Assembly (NCBI GenBank): GCA_951801825.1
Contig: CATOOF010000001.1
Span: 8,936-72,935, forward strand
From: an uncultured Alphaproteobacteria bacterium
Lineage (GTDB): Bacteria > Pseudomonadota > Alphaproteobacteria > Rs-D84
Reading direction: 5' to 3'
Length of the DNA: 64,000 nt
Position numbers and translations under genes: made by a program. The notes beneath the pieces are model-generated. The model searched no databases, was not told the origin of the DNA, and was given only the letters and a program-made list of their open reading frames with translations. Numbering within the stretch: the first letter of the stretch is position 1; each line of letters begins with the position of its first letter. Positions 30,742-39,716 of the stretch are shown here, one piece after another.

Positions 30742-32592
30742 TTACTCTGTAACCACTTCAAACCAGCCCTTTTGACCATTGCTAATCGCCAGTACGAAAT
30801 CACCTTCTTCTGGTGCGCCTTCGACAGTAACCGCCTGGTCCGCCTTTGTCAGCGATGCCTGAACATCCGCCGCCAATTTCGTTTTTGCAATTGCCGCATC
30901 ATCTGCAACATCTGCATTTGTAATTGTGTCTTTTGCCGCCAATGTGCCCAAATCTTCTGTTTTGGCATATCCGCTTAAGTCTATATTGCCGGCCTCTACA
31001 ACCGCATCCTCAAGCGCTTTTTTAGTTGCAAACTTTTCATCAGCCGCTGATTTCGTATAAACATTTTCCGCATCAGCCTTTAACGCCAGCGACGTTGTTG
31101 CCGCATCAGCCGCCGTCTTGGCCGCATCGGCCTTATCGGATGCCGTTCCTGCCGCCGTCAATGCGGACGCCGCCACACCAGATGCCGCATCGGCCGCTGT
31201 TTTTGCGGCCCCGGCTGTTGATACCGCCAACGCCGCATCGGCAACCGCGCCGCTAACATCGACCGCCATTTCATCAACATCAGTCGCCAGTGTATTTACA
31301 CGCCCCTCCAGAGCGGTTACCGTTGCGCCTTTTGCATAATCGGCCAAATCGGTAACATTTGCCTTTTTCTCAAGCGCAGTGTTAACATCAGCCGTTTTGG
31401 CATATTCGGATAAAGCCGCACTCATGTCGCCTGCAACAATATCGGCAACTTTCTCGTCAACCTGGGTCTTTGTGTAAACATCTGCAGATTTTGCATAATC
31501 AGCCAGAGATTGGTGCTCTGTCAGATACTTTGCATCTGACTGGCCCTTTGTGTAAACATCCGAAACATTCGCCTTGTCCGCCAGCGCCGTATTAACCCAT
31601 GCCTTAGGTGCAAGATCCGCAGTTGCGTTTGTAATGCTTTCTTCTACCGCCGTTTTCGTGGCATACGCCGCCAGCTGTGTCTTGTCCGCCTTGTCAGACA
31701 ATGCATTGGCCATTTCGGTCGATGTAACATGCCCCGCATCCGCAATTGCTGTTTTAATCGCCTGATTCATTTGCTCTGTTGTGGAATACTTAGCGGAATC
31801 AAGGCCCTCGCCCGGGTCACCCTTGTCACCCTTTTCACCTTTCTCGCCCGCCGGGCCCTGGGGACCGGTTAAGCCTTGGGGCCCCTGGGGGCCGACCAGC
31901 TCACTAATTGCAATCAAATCCTGCCACTGGGTATCGCCGACATAGCGCCACTGAATATGGGTTGCATTCTTAGAAATCTCAACCTCGCGGCCATTTGCAC
32001 CAACAATGGTTTCCAGCCCGTCTTTCAGCGCATCTATATTCAGGAAAATTTCATCATCTTCTATTTCAATATAGCCATCGCCCGTCAACACATTTTGCTT
32101 GTCTGCAAAAAAACCGTCTATTTCATCATTTGTGTACAAAGCACCAACCTGGGATTCAAGTTCGCCAACACGGTCTGTCAATGCGCCGGCAATTCCTGGA
32201 TCCATGGAACCACCGCCACTGTTGCTAACGCCGCTGCCCGGTTTTTGATTTTTGATAGAACTGCCCCCACTGACAGATGTGCCGCCACCCAAATATTTGC
32301 CAATAGACAAACGTGGCGCGGTTGCAACACGGCCCGTCGTTGCCGTACCGCGATTTGAAGACCCAGACGCAGACGCCCCGCCAGCCGACGGCGCCACGCG
32401 CATTGATCCCGCGCGCACTGCGTTTATGGCCCCACTGGGGGCGCCGCCACCCGCGGCCGCAGATGATGCACTGGAATACGTTCCTGCCCCCCCTAACGAC
32501 CGCACCGACGCGGCCCCAAAAGCGCCCGATATCGCCGATGTGCACAAAACACAAACAACTGCCAATCGTGATATTTGAACTCTGTTTTTCAT
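30742..32592 (-). CDS. Secreted collagen-like-repeat surface-fibre protein (start at MKNRVQ; ORF extends to 32631)
   Basis: Signal peptide; Gly/Ser-rich linker; …IQWRYVGDTQWQDLIAISELVGPQGPQGLTGPQGPAGEKGEKGDKGDPGEG (10 GXY triplets); then about 300 aa of KADKTQL/DVYTK-type repeats. Confidence 0.6.
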   Translation of the reverse strand: MKNRVQISRLAVVCVLCTSAISGAFGAASVRSLGGAGTYSSASSAAAGGGAPSGAINAVRAGSMRVAPSAGGASASGSSNRGTATTGRVATAPRLSIGKYLGGGTSVSGGSSIKNQKPGSGVSNSGGGSMDPGIAGALTDRVGELESQVGALYTNDEIDGFFADKQNVLTGDGYIEIEDDEIFLNIDALKDGLETIVGANGREVEISKNATHIQWRYVGDTQWQDLIAISELVGPQGPQGLTGPQGPAGEKGEKGDKGDPGEGLDSAKYSTTEQMNQAIKTAIADAGHVTSTEMANALSDKADKTQLAAYATKTAVEESITNATADLAPKAWVNTALADKANVSDVYTKGQSDAKYLTEHQSLADYAKSADVYTKTQVDEKVADIVAGDMSAALSEYAKTADVNTALEKKANVTDLADYAKGATVTALEGRVNTLATDVDEMAVDVSGAVADAALAVSTAGAAKTAADAASGVAASALTAAGTASDKADAAKTAADAATTSLALKADAENVYTKSAADEKFATKKALEDAVVEAGNIDLSGYAKTEDLGTLAAKDTITNADVADDAAIAKTKLAADVQASLTKADQAVTVEGAPEEGDFVLAISNGQKGWFEVVTE

Positions 32593-32652
32593 AACTCTCT
32601 CTATACCTGTCAATGATATCAAATTACGCAAACCGCAACAACATTTTTCTGG

Positions 32653-33387
32653 TTAAAATTCATACCTGATACCAAAAGATACCGAATTATCCAAAATCAT
32701 GCCTGTTTTGCTTTTAAAGCCATATACATTGTCATCGGTGTCTTGGAAGCCCAGCTTTAATTCAGCCCCGGTCATACCGGCCAAACGATACCGCAAATCC
32801 AGCACCAGATTTTCATCCAGCTGATGCGTCCACCCCAGCATCAGTCCCGCCATCGGCGACAGTGCCGTTTTAGTCTTGTCATAGCCGTTGAAATAATCAC
32901 CGCTTATCTTATAATTGGACAACGCCGCACCAACACCCGCGCCGACATACAGCCCGTTCGTAAAGTCATAATATCCGTTCAGCATAACATACGGAATCGA
33001 CAGCGAAAATTTTGCAACCGCATCTTCGTCGCTGAAATAGCCCAAATATCCGCCTTCCAGTTCCGCGCGCCAGAAATAGTTAATTTTCTTACCCGCCGCA
33101 ATCGAGCCGCCGAACACAGGCTCAAACGAATATTTATCCTCGCTATGGCTTTCATCCGCGCTGAACCCCTCAGAAACACTGTATTCGTTCTTGAAATTCA
33201 GCAGGCTCAGTTCTGCACGCCCAGTTATATACCAGCCTGTTTTTGCTTTGTCCTTATAATTATATGTAACATCGTATCCACCGCGGCCGTCTCTTGAAAT
33301 ATGACTGGGCTGTGCGGTGCGCACCGCCGCAAAAGACGGCACGACAAATAATCCCATCAAAACACTTACTGACACTAATTTTTTCAT
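32653..33387 (-). CDS. Outer-membrane beta-barrel protein (OmpA-N/Opa-like small barrel)
   Basis: Start at MKKLVSVSVLMGLFVVPSFA signal; alternating beta-strand pattern; C-terminal …VSFGIRYEF. Confidence 0.6.
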   Translation of the reverse strand: MKKLVSVSVLMGLFVVPSFAAVRTAQPSHISRDGRGGYDVTYNYKDKAKTGWYITGRAELSLLNFKNEYSVSEGFSADESHSEDKYSFEPVFGGSIAAGKKINYFWRAELEGGYLGYFSDEDAVAKFSLSIPYVMLNGYYDFTNGLYVGAGVGAALSNYKISGDYFNGYDKTKTALSPMAGLMLGWTHQLDENLVLDLRYRLAGMTGAELKLGFQDTDDNVYGFKSKTGMILDNSVSFGIRYEF

Positions 33388-33524
33388 GAAAATACCCCTC
33401 CATTTATTCCTTAAGTATATCATAAAAAAGGATATGCTCCAACAACAAAAAACAGATATTGACCGTTTTCTCTTTTTCTGCTACGTTTTTAGCATACTAA
33501 TTGTACACGGAAAGAGGTAACAAC

Positions 33525-33929
33525 ATGAAAAACTGTTTGCTTTTATGCACTGCATTAACATTGGCGGCATGCAGTGGCGCGAAGATGCCATCCGACATAA
33601 ACGAAGAAAAAGTATTTTTTGCTTTTGACTCGGCCGATGTGACACAGGAAATGGCACGCAACCTGCAGGGCCAGTCGCTGTATATGAAAAAACACCCCGA
33701 CATCAATGTCACCATGGAAGGTCATTGCGACGAACGCGGTTCTACGGAATACAATCTGGCGCTGGGTGCACTGCGTGCCGGCAACGCCGCACACGTTTTA
33801 ATAAAAGACGGAATTGAACCGTCACGCGTAAAAACAATATCATACGGCAAGGAACGCCCCCAGTATTTTGGCACAGGCGAAAAGGTCTGGTCAAAAAACC
33901 GCAACACGACAACGCGCGTAGACAAATAA
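33525..33929 (+). CDS. pal: Peptidoglycan-associated lipoprotein (OmpA-family C-terminal domain)
   Basis: Lipobox LTLAAC; OmpA-like domain (…FFAFDSADV…GHCDERGSTEYNLALGALRAGNA…); ATG at 33525 preceded by GAAAGAGG. Confidence 0.85.
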   Translation: MKNCLLLCTALTLAACSGAKMPSDINEEKVFFAFDSADVTQEMARNLQGQSLYMKKHPDINVTMEGHCDERGSTEYNLALGALRAGNAAHVLIKDGIEPSRVKTISYGKERPQYFGTGEKVWSKNRNTTTRVDK

Positions 33930-33933
33930 TCAA

Positions 33934-33957
33934 GCGCCCCATCGGGGCGTTTTTTTC
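33934..33957 (+). terminator. rho-independent terminator after pal
   Basis: GCGCCCC-ATC-GGGGCGC followed by T7. Confidence 0.7.
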
Positions 33958-33965
33958 ATGTCCTC

Positions 33966-34787
33966 TTGACCCAAAAACAAATTTTTACTACCATCCGAAT
34001 CATGGAAGACAATACCGCTATATCTTTTGCAAACGTCGCCGCCCGTTACGAGGGGGGTGCAGACGTTTTAACCGACGTTTCTTTTAACATCAGCGCCGGG
34101 GCGTTCTACTTTCTGTCGGGCGCGTCCGGGGCCGGAAAAACGACACTGTTGCGCCTTATATATCAACTGCACACGCCGGCCGACGGCCAGATAAAACTGT
34201 TTGGAAAAACAACGGCCGACATATCACGCGACGAAATCGCCAACCTGCGCCAGAAAATGGCAATCGTTTTTCAGGAATATTCTCTTTTGTCACACCTGAC
34301 CGTGTTTGACAATGTTGCCCTGCCCCTGCGCGTGCGCGGCGTGCCAGAGGTAAAAATAAAAAAACTGGTGGCCAAGGTTTTAGACTGGGTCGGCCTGGGA
34401 AAATATGCCGCCACATTTCCGCGCGCACTCTCGGGCGGCCAGCAACAGCGCGTATCGGTCGCCCGCGCAATCATAGTACAGCCGACAATTCTGCTGGCCG
34501 ACGAACCGACAGGCAACCTTGACGATGAAAACGCATCGCGCCTGATGGAGCTGTTTATTCAAATGAACAAACTGTTTGGCACGACGATAATTTTGGCAAC
34601 CCACAACAAGAAACTGATGGATACATACAAGTTCCCTGTTCTGCATGTGGAAAATCATCGTGTGGGTTTCGTGGGCAAGGCCCCCGCCGCCGCAAAAACA
34701 GAAACAAAAAAAGTCTGGAAGGGCCCGAAACCGCAAAACTATTTTGCAGAATTATCAAAACAATTTGACGACATTGGAAACGCATAA
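33966..34787 (+). CDS. ftsE: Cell-division ABC transporter ATP-binding protein FtsE (with C-terminal extension)
   Basis: Walker [10 protein letters not shown], signature [14 protein letters not shown], Walker [13 protein letters not shown]; directly followed by ftsX. Confidence 0.85.
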   Translation: MTQKQIFTTIRIMEDNTAISFANVAARYEGGADVLTDVSFNISAGAFYFLSGASGAGKTTLLRLIYQLHTPADGQIKLFGKTTADISRDEIANLRQKMAIVFQEYSLLSHLTVFDNVALPLRVRGVPEVKIKKLVAKVLDWVGLGKYAATFPRALSGGQQQRVSVARAIIVQPTILLADEPTGNLDDENASRLMELFIQMNKLFGTTIILATHNKKLMDTYKFPVLHVENHRVGFVGKAPAAAKTETKKVWKGPKPQNYFAELSKQFDDIGNA

Positions 34788-35627
34788 ATGAAAAGACCTG
34801 TTGTATTTTCCCTGCTTCGCGAGCAATCCGTATTCATGACGGCAATTATGGCCCTGTTGACGTTTTTATCCGTAATTGCATTGGGGGTTGCCATTGCAAT
34901 CGGAACCGGCGTTGCACGCTGGAACACCCAATGGGACCTGATGGCAACGGTTCAGGTTATGCCGGGCCAAAACGGTGCCAGCGCACAAAAAATAATCGAT
35001 TCCAACAAGGATAAAATCGCATCCGTAAAAAAGGTATCTGCCGACGAAATGACAGAGCTTATGCGGCCGTGGATTTCCGGCGGCGGGGCGACTATGAAAA
35101 ATTACCTGCCGGAAATGTACGAAATAAAACTGAATCAAAAATCTGATATGAAGTTTTTTGCAGACCAGTTTGCCGGCAACGCCCGCTTTTTGCCCCATGC
35201 CGCGGCATTGGGGGCCGCAACGGGTGCCGGATGGCGCATGGTCGCAATTGCATCACTGATACTGGTCCTGACGCTGGGGGCGATTGGAGTATGCATTTCG
35301 TTTATTGCCCGCAACACGGCGCAACTACACCGACGCGAGCTGGAAATACTGAACCAGGTGGGGGCCCGGGACAGTTTTGTGGCCCACCAAATGCAAATTA
35401 TTGTCGGGAAAATTTCCATCGTTGCGGCGGCGGCCGGGTTTGTTGCAGCCATGCCAGTATTAATGCTGATTTTATCGGCCGCACGTCATGCACGCGTTGG
35501 CCTTATGGCGATGATGGGCCTGTCTGCGGGCGCATGGTTCGCACTGTTTCTGATGCCAATCGCAATCAGCATATTTGCAATATTTATAACCAAGCGCACC
35601 ACGTTGAAAATTCTTAAAAACAGCTGA
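34788..35627 (+). CDS. ftsX: Cell-division protein FtsX (permease-like)
   Basis: TM1, a periplasmic domain, then 3 C-terminal TM helices; start codon abuts the ftsE stop. Confidence 0.8.
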   Translation: MKRPVVFSLLREQSVFMTAIMALLTFLSVIALGVAIAIGTGVARWNTQWDLMATVQVMPGQNGASAQKIIDSNKDKIASVKKVSADEMTELMRPWISGGGATMKNYLPEMYEIKLNQKSDMKFFADQFAGNARFLPHAAALGAATGAGWRMVAIASLILVLTLGAIGVCISFIARNTAQLHRRELEILNQVGARDSFVAHQMQIIVGKISIVAAAAGFVAAMPVLMLILSAARHARVGLMAMMGLSAGAWFALFLMPIAISIFAIFITKRTTLKILKNS

Positions 35628-36136
35628 TGAAGTTTTTTACACCGTCTTTTTTAGCCTTTGCTTTATTCATCATGGGCGGAATGATGTTCAAGTCGATGAC
35701 GCCGCGCGTATGCGGGACTATTTTGCCTGATGACAGCATATTTGTACTGACCGGTGATGCACGACGCATTCCGTTTGCCATGCGCCAGCTTAGAAAATAT
35801 CCGGATGCAGACCTATACATCATCGGCGCAGGTGCCCAGGGTTCTTTTGAGATGGCAAAAAAAGTAACCGTTGAATCCGATTCGAAATCGACATATCAAA
35901 ACGCTGTTGCAATCCGCGCCATTGTACAAAAGACAGGACTGGATAGGATTGTTGTCGTAACAACCGAAGACCACATGAACCGGGCCCAGTATCTGATAAG
36001 CCGCGAACTGCCCGATATAGAGGTTGTTGCCTGCCCTGTTCGCCTGACGGACATGCCCGCAACAAAAAGACTTGAACGATGGGCCACGGAATATATAAAA
36101 TATATTGTCACAATGTTTGGAATCAAGGAAGGATAA
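35627..36136 (+). CDS. DUF218 (YdcF/ElyC-like) protein
   Basis: N-terminal TM then the …DSIFVLTGDARRIP…IIGAGAQGSFE…VVTTEDHMNRA… pattern of DUF218; ATGA overlap with ftsX. Confidence 0.6.
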   Translation: MKFFTPSFLAFALFIMGGMMFKSMTPRVCGTILPDDSIFVLTGDARRIPFAMRQLRKYPDADLYIIGAGAQGSFEMAKKVTVESDSKSTYQNAVAIRAIVQKTGLDRIVVVTTEDHMNRAQYLISRELPDIEVVACPVRLTDMPATKRLERWATEYIKYIVTMFGIKEG

Positions 36137-36142
36137 AGAAAC

Positions 36143-36850
36143 ATGTTACGTACAATTTTATTCAAAATTATTTTGGCGCTGTATTTTCTGTTATGGTCAC
36201 CGCTGTTGTTAATCGGATTGGTAAACAAGCGTTTAAATGACTTTTTCGTCGTCACGGATGCACGCGGTGTTCTGTTGCTGGCACGGTGGATTGCCGGAAT
36301 AAAATATCAGATACACTATCCCGCAACCGAAGAAAACGGTGTTCCGGTTAAACCGAACGAAAACATACGTCTGGACGGCAAGGCGATTATTGCGGCAAAA
36401 CACATGTCGATATTGGAAATTGCAATATTGTCGACAAACATCCCCAACTCTTTCTTTATAATAAAGCGGGAATTATTGTGGATACCAATATATGGCTGGG
36501 CATTTTGGCGCATGGGATTACAGCCTGTGAACCGTACACGCGGAAAAACAAACATGAACAAACTGGCCAATGCGGTTGCAAAGAAAATCATGAACGGCCA
36601 GGTATTAATTATTTTCCCAGAAGGCACGCGCGTAAAACCAGGCGCACGTCCGGCGTTAAAGCGCGGGCTGTTGTACCTGGCGCATCAGTTAAAACTGCCG
36701 ATTATGCCTGTGGGAACAGATGCGGGTGTATACTGGCCAAAGCATGGAAAAATGCGCCCCGGAACAGCGAATGTTTATTTCGAGCCACTGTTGCCCTGCA
36801 ATGCATCATTGGATGAAATTCGCGATGCAATCAACGCACACAGCGCATAA
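36143..36850 (+). CDS. plsC: Lysophospholipid (1-acyl-sn-glycerol-3-phosphate) acyltransferase, PlsC family
   Basis: Acyltransferase motif I as KHMSILE (HX4E rather than HX4D); motif III FPEGTR; N-terminal TM. Confidence 0.7.
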   Translation: MLRTILFKIILALYFLLWSPLLLIGLVNKRLNDFFVVTDARGVLLLARWIAGIKYQIHYPATEENGVPVKPNENIRLDGKAIIAAKHMSILEIAILSTNIPNSFFIIKRELLWIPIYGWAFWRMGLQPVNRTRGKTNMNKLANAVAKKIMNGQVLIIFPEGTRVKPGARPALKRGLLYLAHQLKLPIMPVGTDAGVYWPKHGKMRPGTANVYFEPLLPCNASLDEIRDAINAHSA

Positions 36851-36875
36851 TACATAACACAAAAAAATAAATATG

Positions 36876-36904
36876 AAAAAAGCCCCCTGTTTGGGGCTTT
36901 TTAT
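36876..36904 (+). terminator. rho-independent terminator
   Basis: AAAAAAGCCCC-CTGTTT-GGGGCTTTTT. Confidence 0.65.
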
Positions 36905-37092
36905 GTTGTTTTTACAATAAAAAAACCGACTGAATTCAGTGCCTAAAAAAAACGGTCAGTTATATCAAGCATATATTCTCGCACCGATTTTAGCGTCAAT
37001 CCTGGGGTTAAGTCAACGCAAAAATATGCCAGAAAAAGGACCGTTTTCCTGGCAATGCGGCGCATATATTTTCCATCAACAAGGGGACTTTT

Positions 37093-37839
37093 ATGGCGGC
37101 ACGACACAGATTTTATTTACTTATTGCGGGATTGGCCTCTTGCGCCATGATGAATAAAAGCCACGGAAAAGACATAGGCTACACAATCGGCGAAGTATTG
37201 TATTCCAGCCCATACTGCGCATCCCCGGCATCGGGGGATGGCGATACCCCATGCCAAGTTTGCGTCCCATCCAGAATAGCCTATGATAAATGCAACTATA
37301 GCACCAGTTGCATTGACAACTGGATAAACGACGAAAACATTTGCATTGATAACACATGCAGCAGCTACAACGGCACCAGCAACATACATTATGGGGGCGC
37401 ATACGGAAAAAATTCTGGCGGCGGATTTTATATTTGCGACGACTATAGCGGGTGGAAATATTCCGCAACCCAGCCTGACACAAATCCGGACAATTGCTCT
37501 AACCAATATGACGGCAACCACGGTCATCTTATAAATTGTTGTGATTTTGATCCGGATGCAGGCATCGGCGGTTCATGGTGCCCATCAGGATACGATCGTG
37601 AATACTGTGACAGCGGCTATTACGGCGGATTCAATAACTGCGCCCAATGCCCCAGTGGTCCAAACTATGTTACCGGCCCAATCAACGATTACTCCCCCCA
37701 GGGACCAATATCTGGAAAATCAAGCGAATCCGGAAACTATTCAAAAAACAAATGCTATATTCCGCCACTGGGCGGCTCTGAACACTACATGGACAGCACG
37801 GGCCAATATGTATTTACCAGCAACTGTTATTGGAGCTGA
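37093..37839 (+). CDS. Cysteine-rich lipoprotein, paralog family member C
   Basis: Lipobox-like LIAGLASC; module …CDSGYYGGFNNCAQCPSGPNYV…KNKCYIPPLGGSEHYMDSTGQYVFTSNC parallels members A and B. Confidence 0.55.
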   Translation: MAARHRFYLLIAGLASCAMMNKSHGKDIGYTIGEVLYSSPYCASPASGDGDTPCQVCVPSRIAYDKCNYSTSCIDNWINDENICIDNTCSSYNGTSNIHYGGAYGKNSGGGFYICDDYSGWKYSATQPDTNPDNCSNQYDGNHGHLINCCDFDPDAGIGGSWCPSGYDREYCDSGYYGGFNNCAQCPSGPNYVTGPINDYSPQGPISGKSSESGNYSKNKCYIPPLGGSEHYMDSTGQYVFTSNCYWS

Positions 37840-37939
37840 TAAGAGCGCCACGATTTGTCGGCATGTCTTTTGACGGGTTTTAAATTGCAAAACAGGAAAA
37901 ACCTGCTAAGATAGCCGACACATAGAAAGGTTCAATGTA

Positions 37940-38897
37940 ATGCAAACACAAAACACACCTGATCTGCTGTCATACATCTCGGAATTTTATCGCACGACGG
38001 ACACAAAACTGAACCATATCATACAATCAATAGAGACACTAAAAAAACACGTCACACGCCTTTATGCGCTGCGAACGGACATATCCGACATACCACCGGC
38101 ATCGGGCCATCTACTGTTAAAACAACAGGGATGCCTGAAACTGTTATCAATGATTGACCGGGTGTTAAAAGATGCCGGCATTGAATACTTTCTGGGATAC
38201 GGAACACTGTTGGGTGCGGCCCGCGGCGGCGGATTCATACCATGGGACGACGATATTGACATATGCCTGATGCGTGCAGATTTTGACCGCGCCGTGGACG
38301 TATTAACCCGGCATTTTAATCATGACCTGTTTTCAACCCGCTGGGGGCTAAGTGGCGGAATATTCAAAGTACTGTTCACAAAAAAAAATCTGTGTAGACC
38401 TGTTTCCATGGGATACATATCATACCCGAATGGAAACGGAAGACCAGCGCACAGAATTTGTAAACACATATATTCACGCAATGGATACCGCCCGCCAGAT
38501 GGAGGCAGACCAGCGCATGCTGGCCGAAAATCCCGGGGCGATTGTATCATCCACGCACCAAAATTATTGCCAGATTCGCGACGATATAATCATGAACGAC
38601 ATCGCCCCTGATTACGAGCATGGCGACATATTTGAAGGCATTGACTGGCAGACATTCCCGGAACGCATCGGCAGATTTTTCCATGCCAACCCGTTTCATC
38701 ATGAATGGATTTTCCCGCTGGGCCAGATAGAATTCTGTGGCCACATGTTCCCGGCCCCAAATAATGTAGACGCTGTTCTGACAACACGCTTCGGCGACTG
38801 GGGGACACTGCGTCCCGATTTTGCCCGCCACAACGGCAATCCGTTTTCTTATCAAGAACTGGAATCTGTTCGCAAATTTATCGGTACCGAACAATGA
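37940..38897 (+). CDS. licD: LicD-family phosphotransferase, split over two frames at an A9 tract
   Basis: Frame 1 (from 37940) carries …GTLLGAARGGGFIPWDDDIDICLMR… (LicD DxD motif). Frame 2 (from 38352) carries …KKICVDLFPWD… and the C-terminal half. The frames switch within aaaaaaaaa at 38380-38388. Confidence 0.65.
38380..38388 (+). repeat. homopolymeric A9 tract inside licD (frameshift site)
   Basis: cacaaaaaaaaatc read directly. Confidence 0.9.
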
Positions 38898-39280
38898 AGC
38901 GCGTCATAACATACGGAACATTCGACACTTTTCATTGGGGCCATATGGAATTGTTGCGCCGTGCCCGCGAAATGGGCGACTGGCTGGCGGTGGGATTGTC
39001 AACGGACGAATTCAACGCGATAAAGGGAAAGAAATCGCACCTGCCATATTCCCGACGCCTGGAAATATTACAGGCAATAAAATATGTCGACCTGGTATTT
39101 CCTGAAAACAACTGGGGGCAAAAGCGCGACGATATATTAAAATACAACATTGATACATTTGTAATGGGCGACGACTGGCGCGGCCGTTTTGACAATCTGG
39201 CCGACGTATGTAATGTGGTATACCTGGCACGGACAGCCAACATCAGCAGCACACTGATAAAACACTCGTTACAAAAGTAA
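38894..39280 (+). CDS. tagD: Glycerol-3-phosphate cytidylyltransferase (TagD-like)
   Basis: 128 aa, MKRVITYGTFDTFHWGHMELLRRA… is near-colinear with Bacillus TagD (MKKVITYGTFDLLHWGH…); ATGA overlap with licD. Confidence 0.8.
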   Translation: MKRVITYGTFDTFHWGHMELLRRAREMGDWLAVGLSTDEFNAIKGKKSHLPYSRRLEILQAIKYVDLVFPENNWGQKRDDILKYNIDTFVMGDDWRGRFDNLADVCNVVYLARTANISSTLIKHSLQK

Positions 39281-39291
39281 TAAATAAGAAT

Positions 39292-39702
39292 CTAGTCGCA
39301 CCATCCCATGCGATGTCCGCCCGCATATGGACGCCCCAGCTTTTCAGAAATCAATATTTCACCAACATCACGTCCGGCGGCATCTTTTACATATGCATCA
39401 ATACGCCCCAAATATTTGTCATCCTTGATTTTGGTCAGCTCAACCACACTGCCAACAGGTATTAACTGAGCCAATCTGTCGCGCGCCATATTTGCACGCG
39501 TAATCTCATATTCACATTCACCGTGCATTTCCGGCGTATCAACATTCATCAGCCTGACACGAACAGAAATACTGATACCGTCTTCCAAATTAACATATGC
39601 GGCAAACGTATCGCCGTCGAAAATATAATCAACTGTTGCCGGGACGGCGCGGGCCAGTGTCGGCAACAAAACAAGAAACAATACCGCTAATACTTTTTTC
39701 AT
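39292..39702 (-). CDS. Secreted thermonuclease (SNase-like)
   Basis: Signal peptide MKKVLAVLFLVLLPTLARA; …IFDGDTF…VRLMNVDTPE… staphylococcal-nuclease fold motifs. Confidence 0.7.
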   Translation of the reverse strand: MKKVLAVLFLVLLPTLARAVPATVDYIFDGDTFAAYVNLEDGISISVRVRLMNVDTPEMHGECEYEITRANMARDRLAQLIPVGSVVELTKIKDDKYLGRIDAYVKDAAGRDVGEILISEKLGRPYAGGHRMGWCD

Positions 39703-39716
39703 CCGCAATCAATGCA

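Noticed and set aside
37940-38611. Treating 37940-38611 and 38352-38897 as two separate genes
   Set aside because: Their products are the N- and C-terminal halves of a single LicD-family fold, joined by a 1-nt frame change at the A9 tract. They are therefore reported as one interrupted gene.
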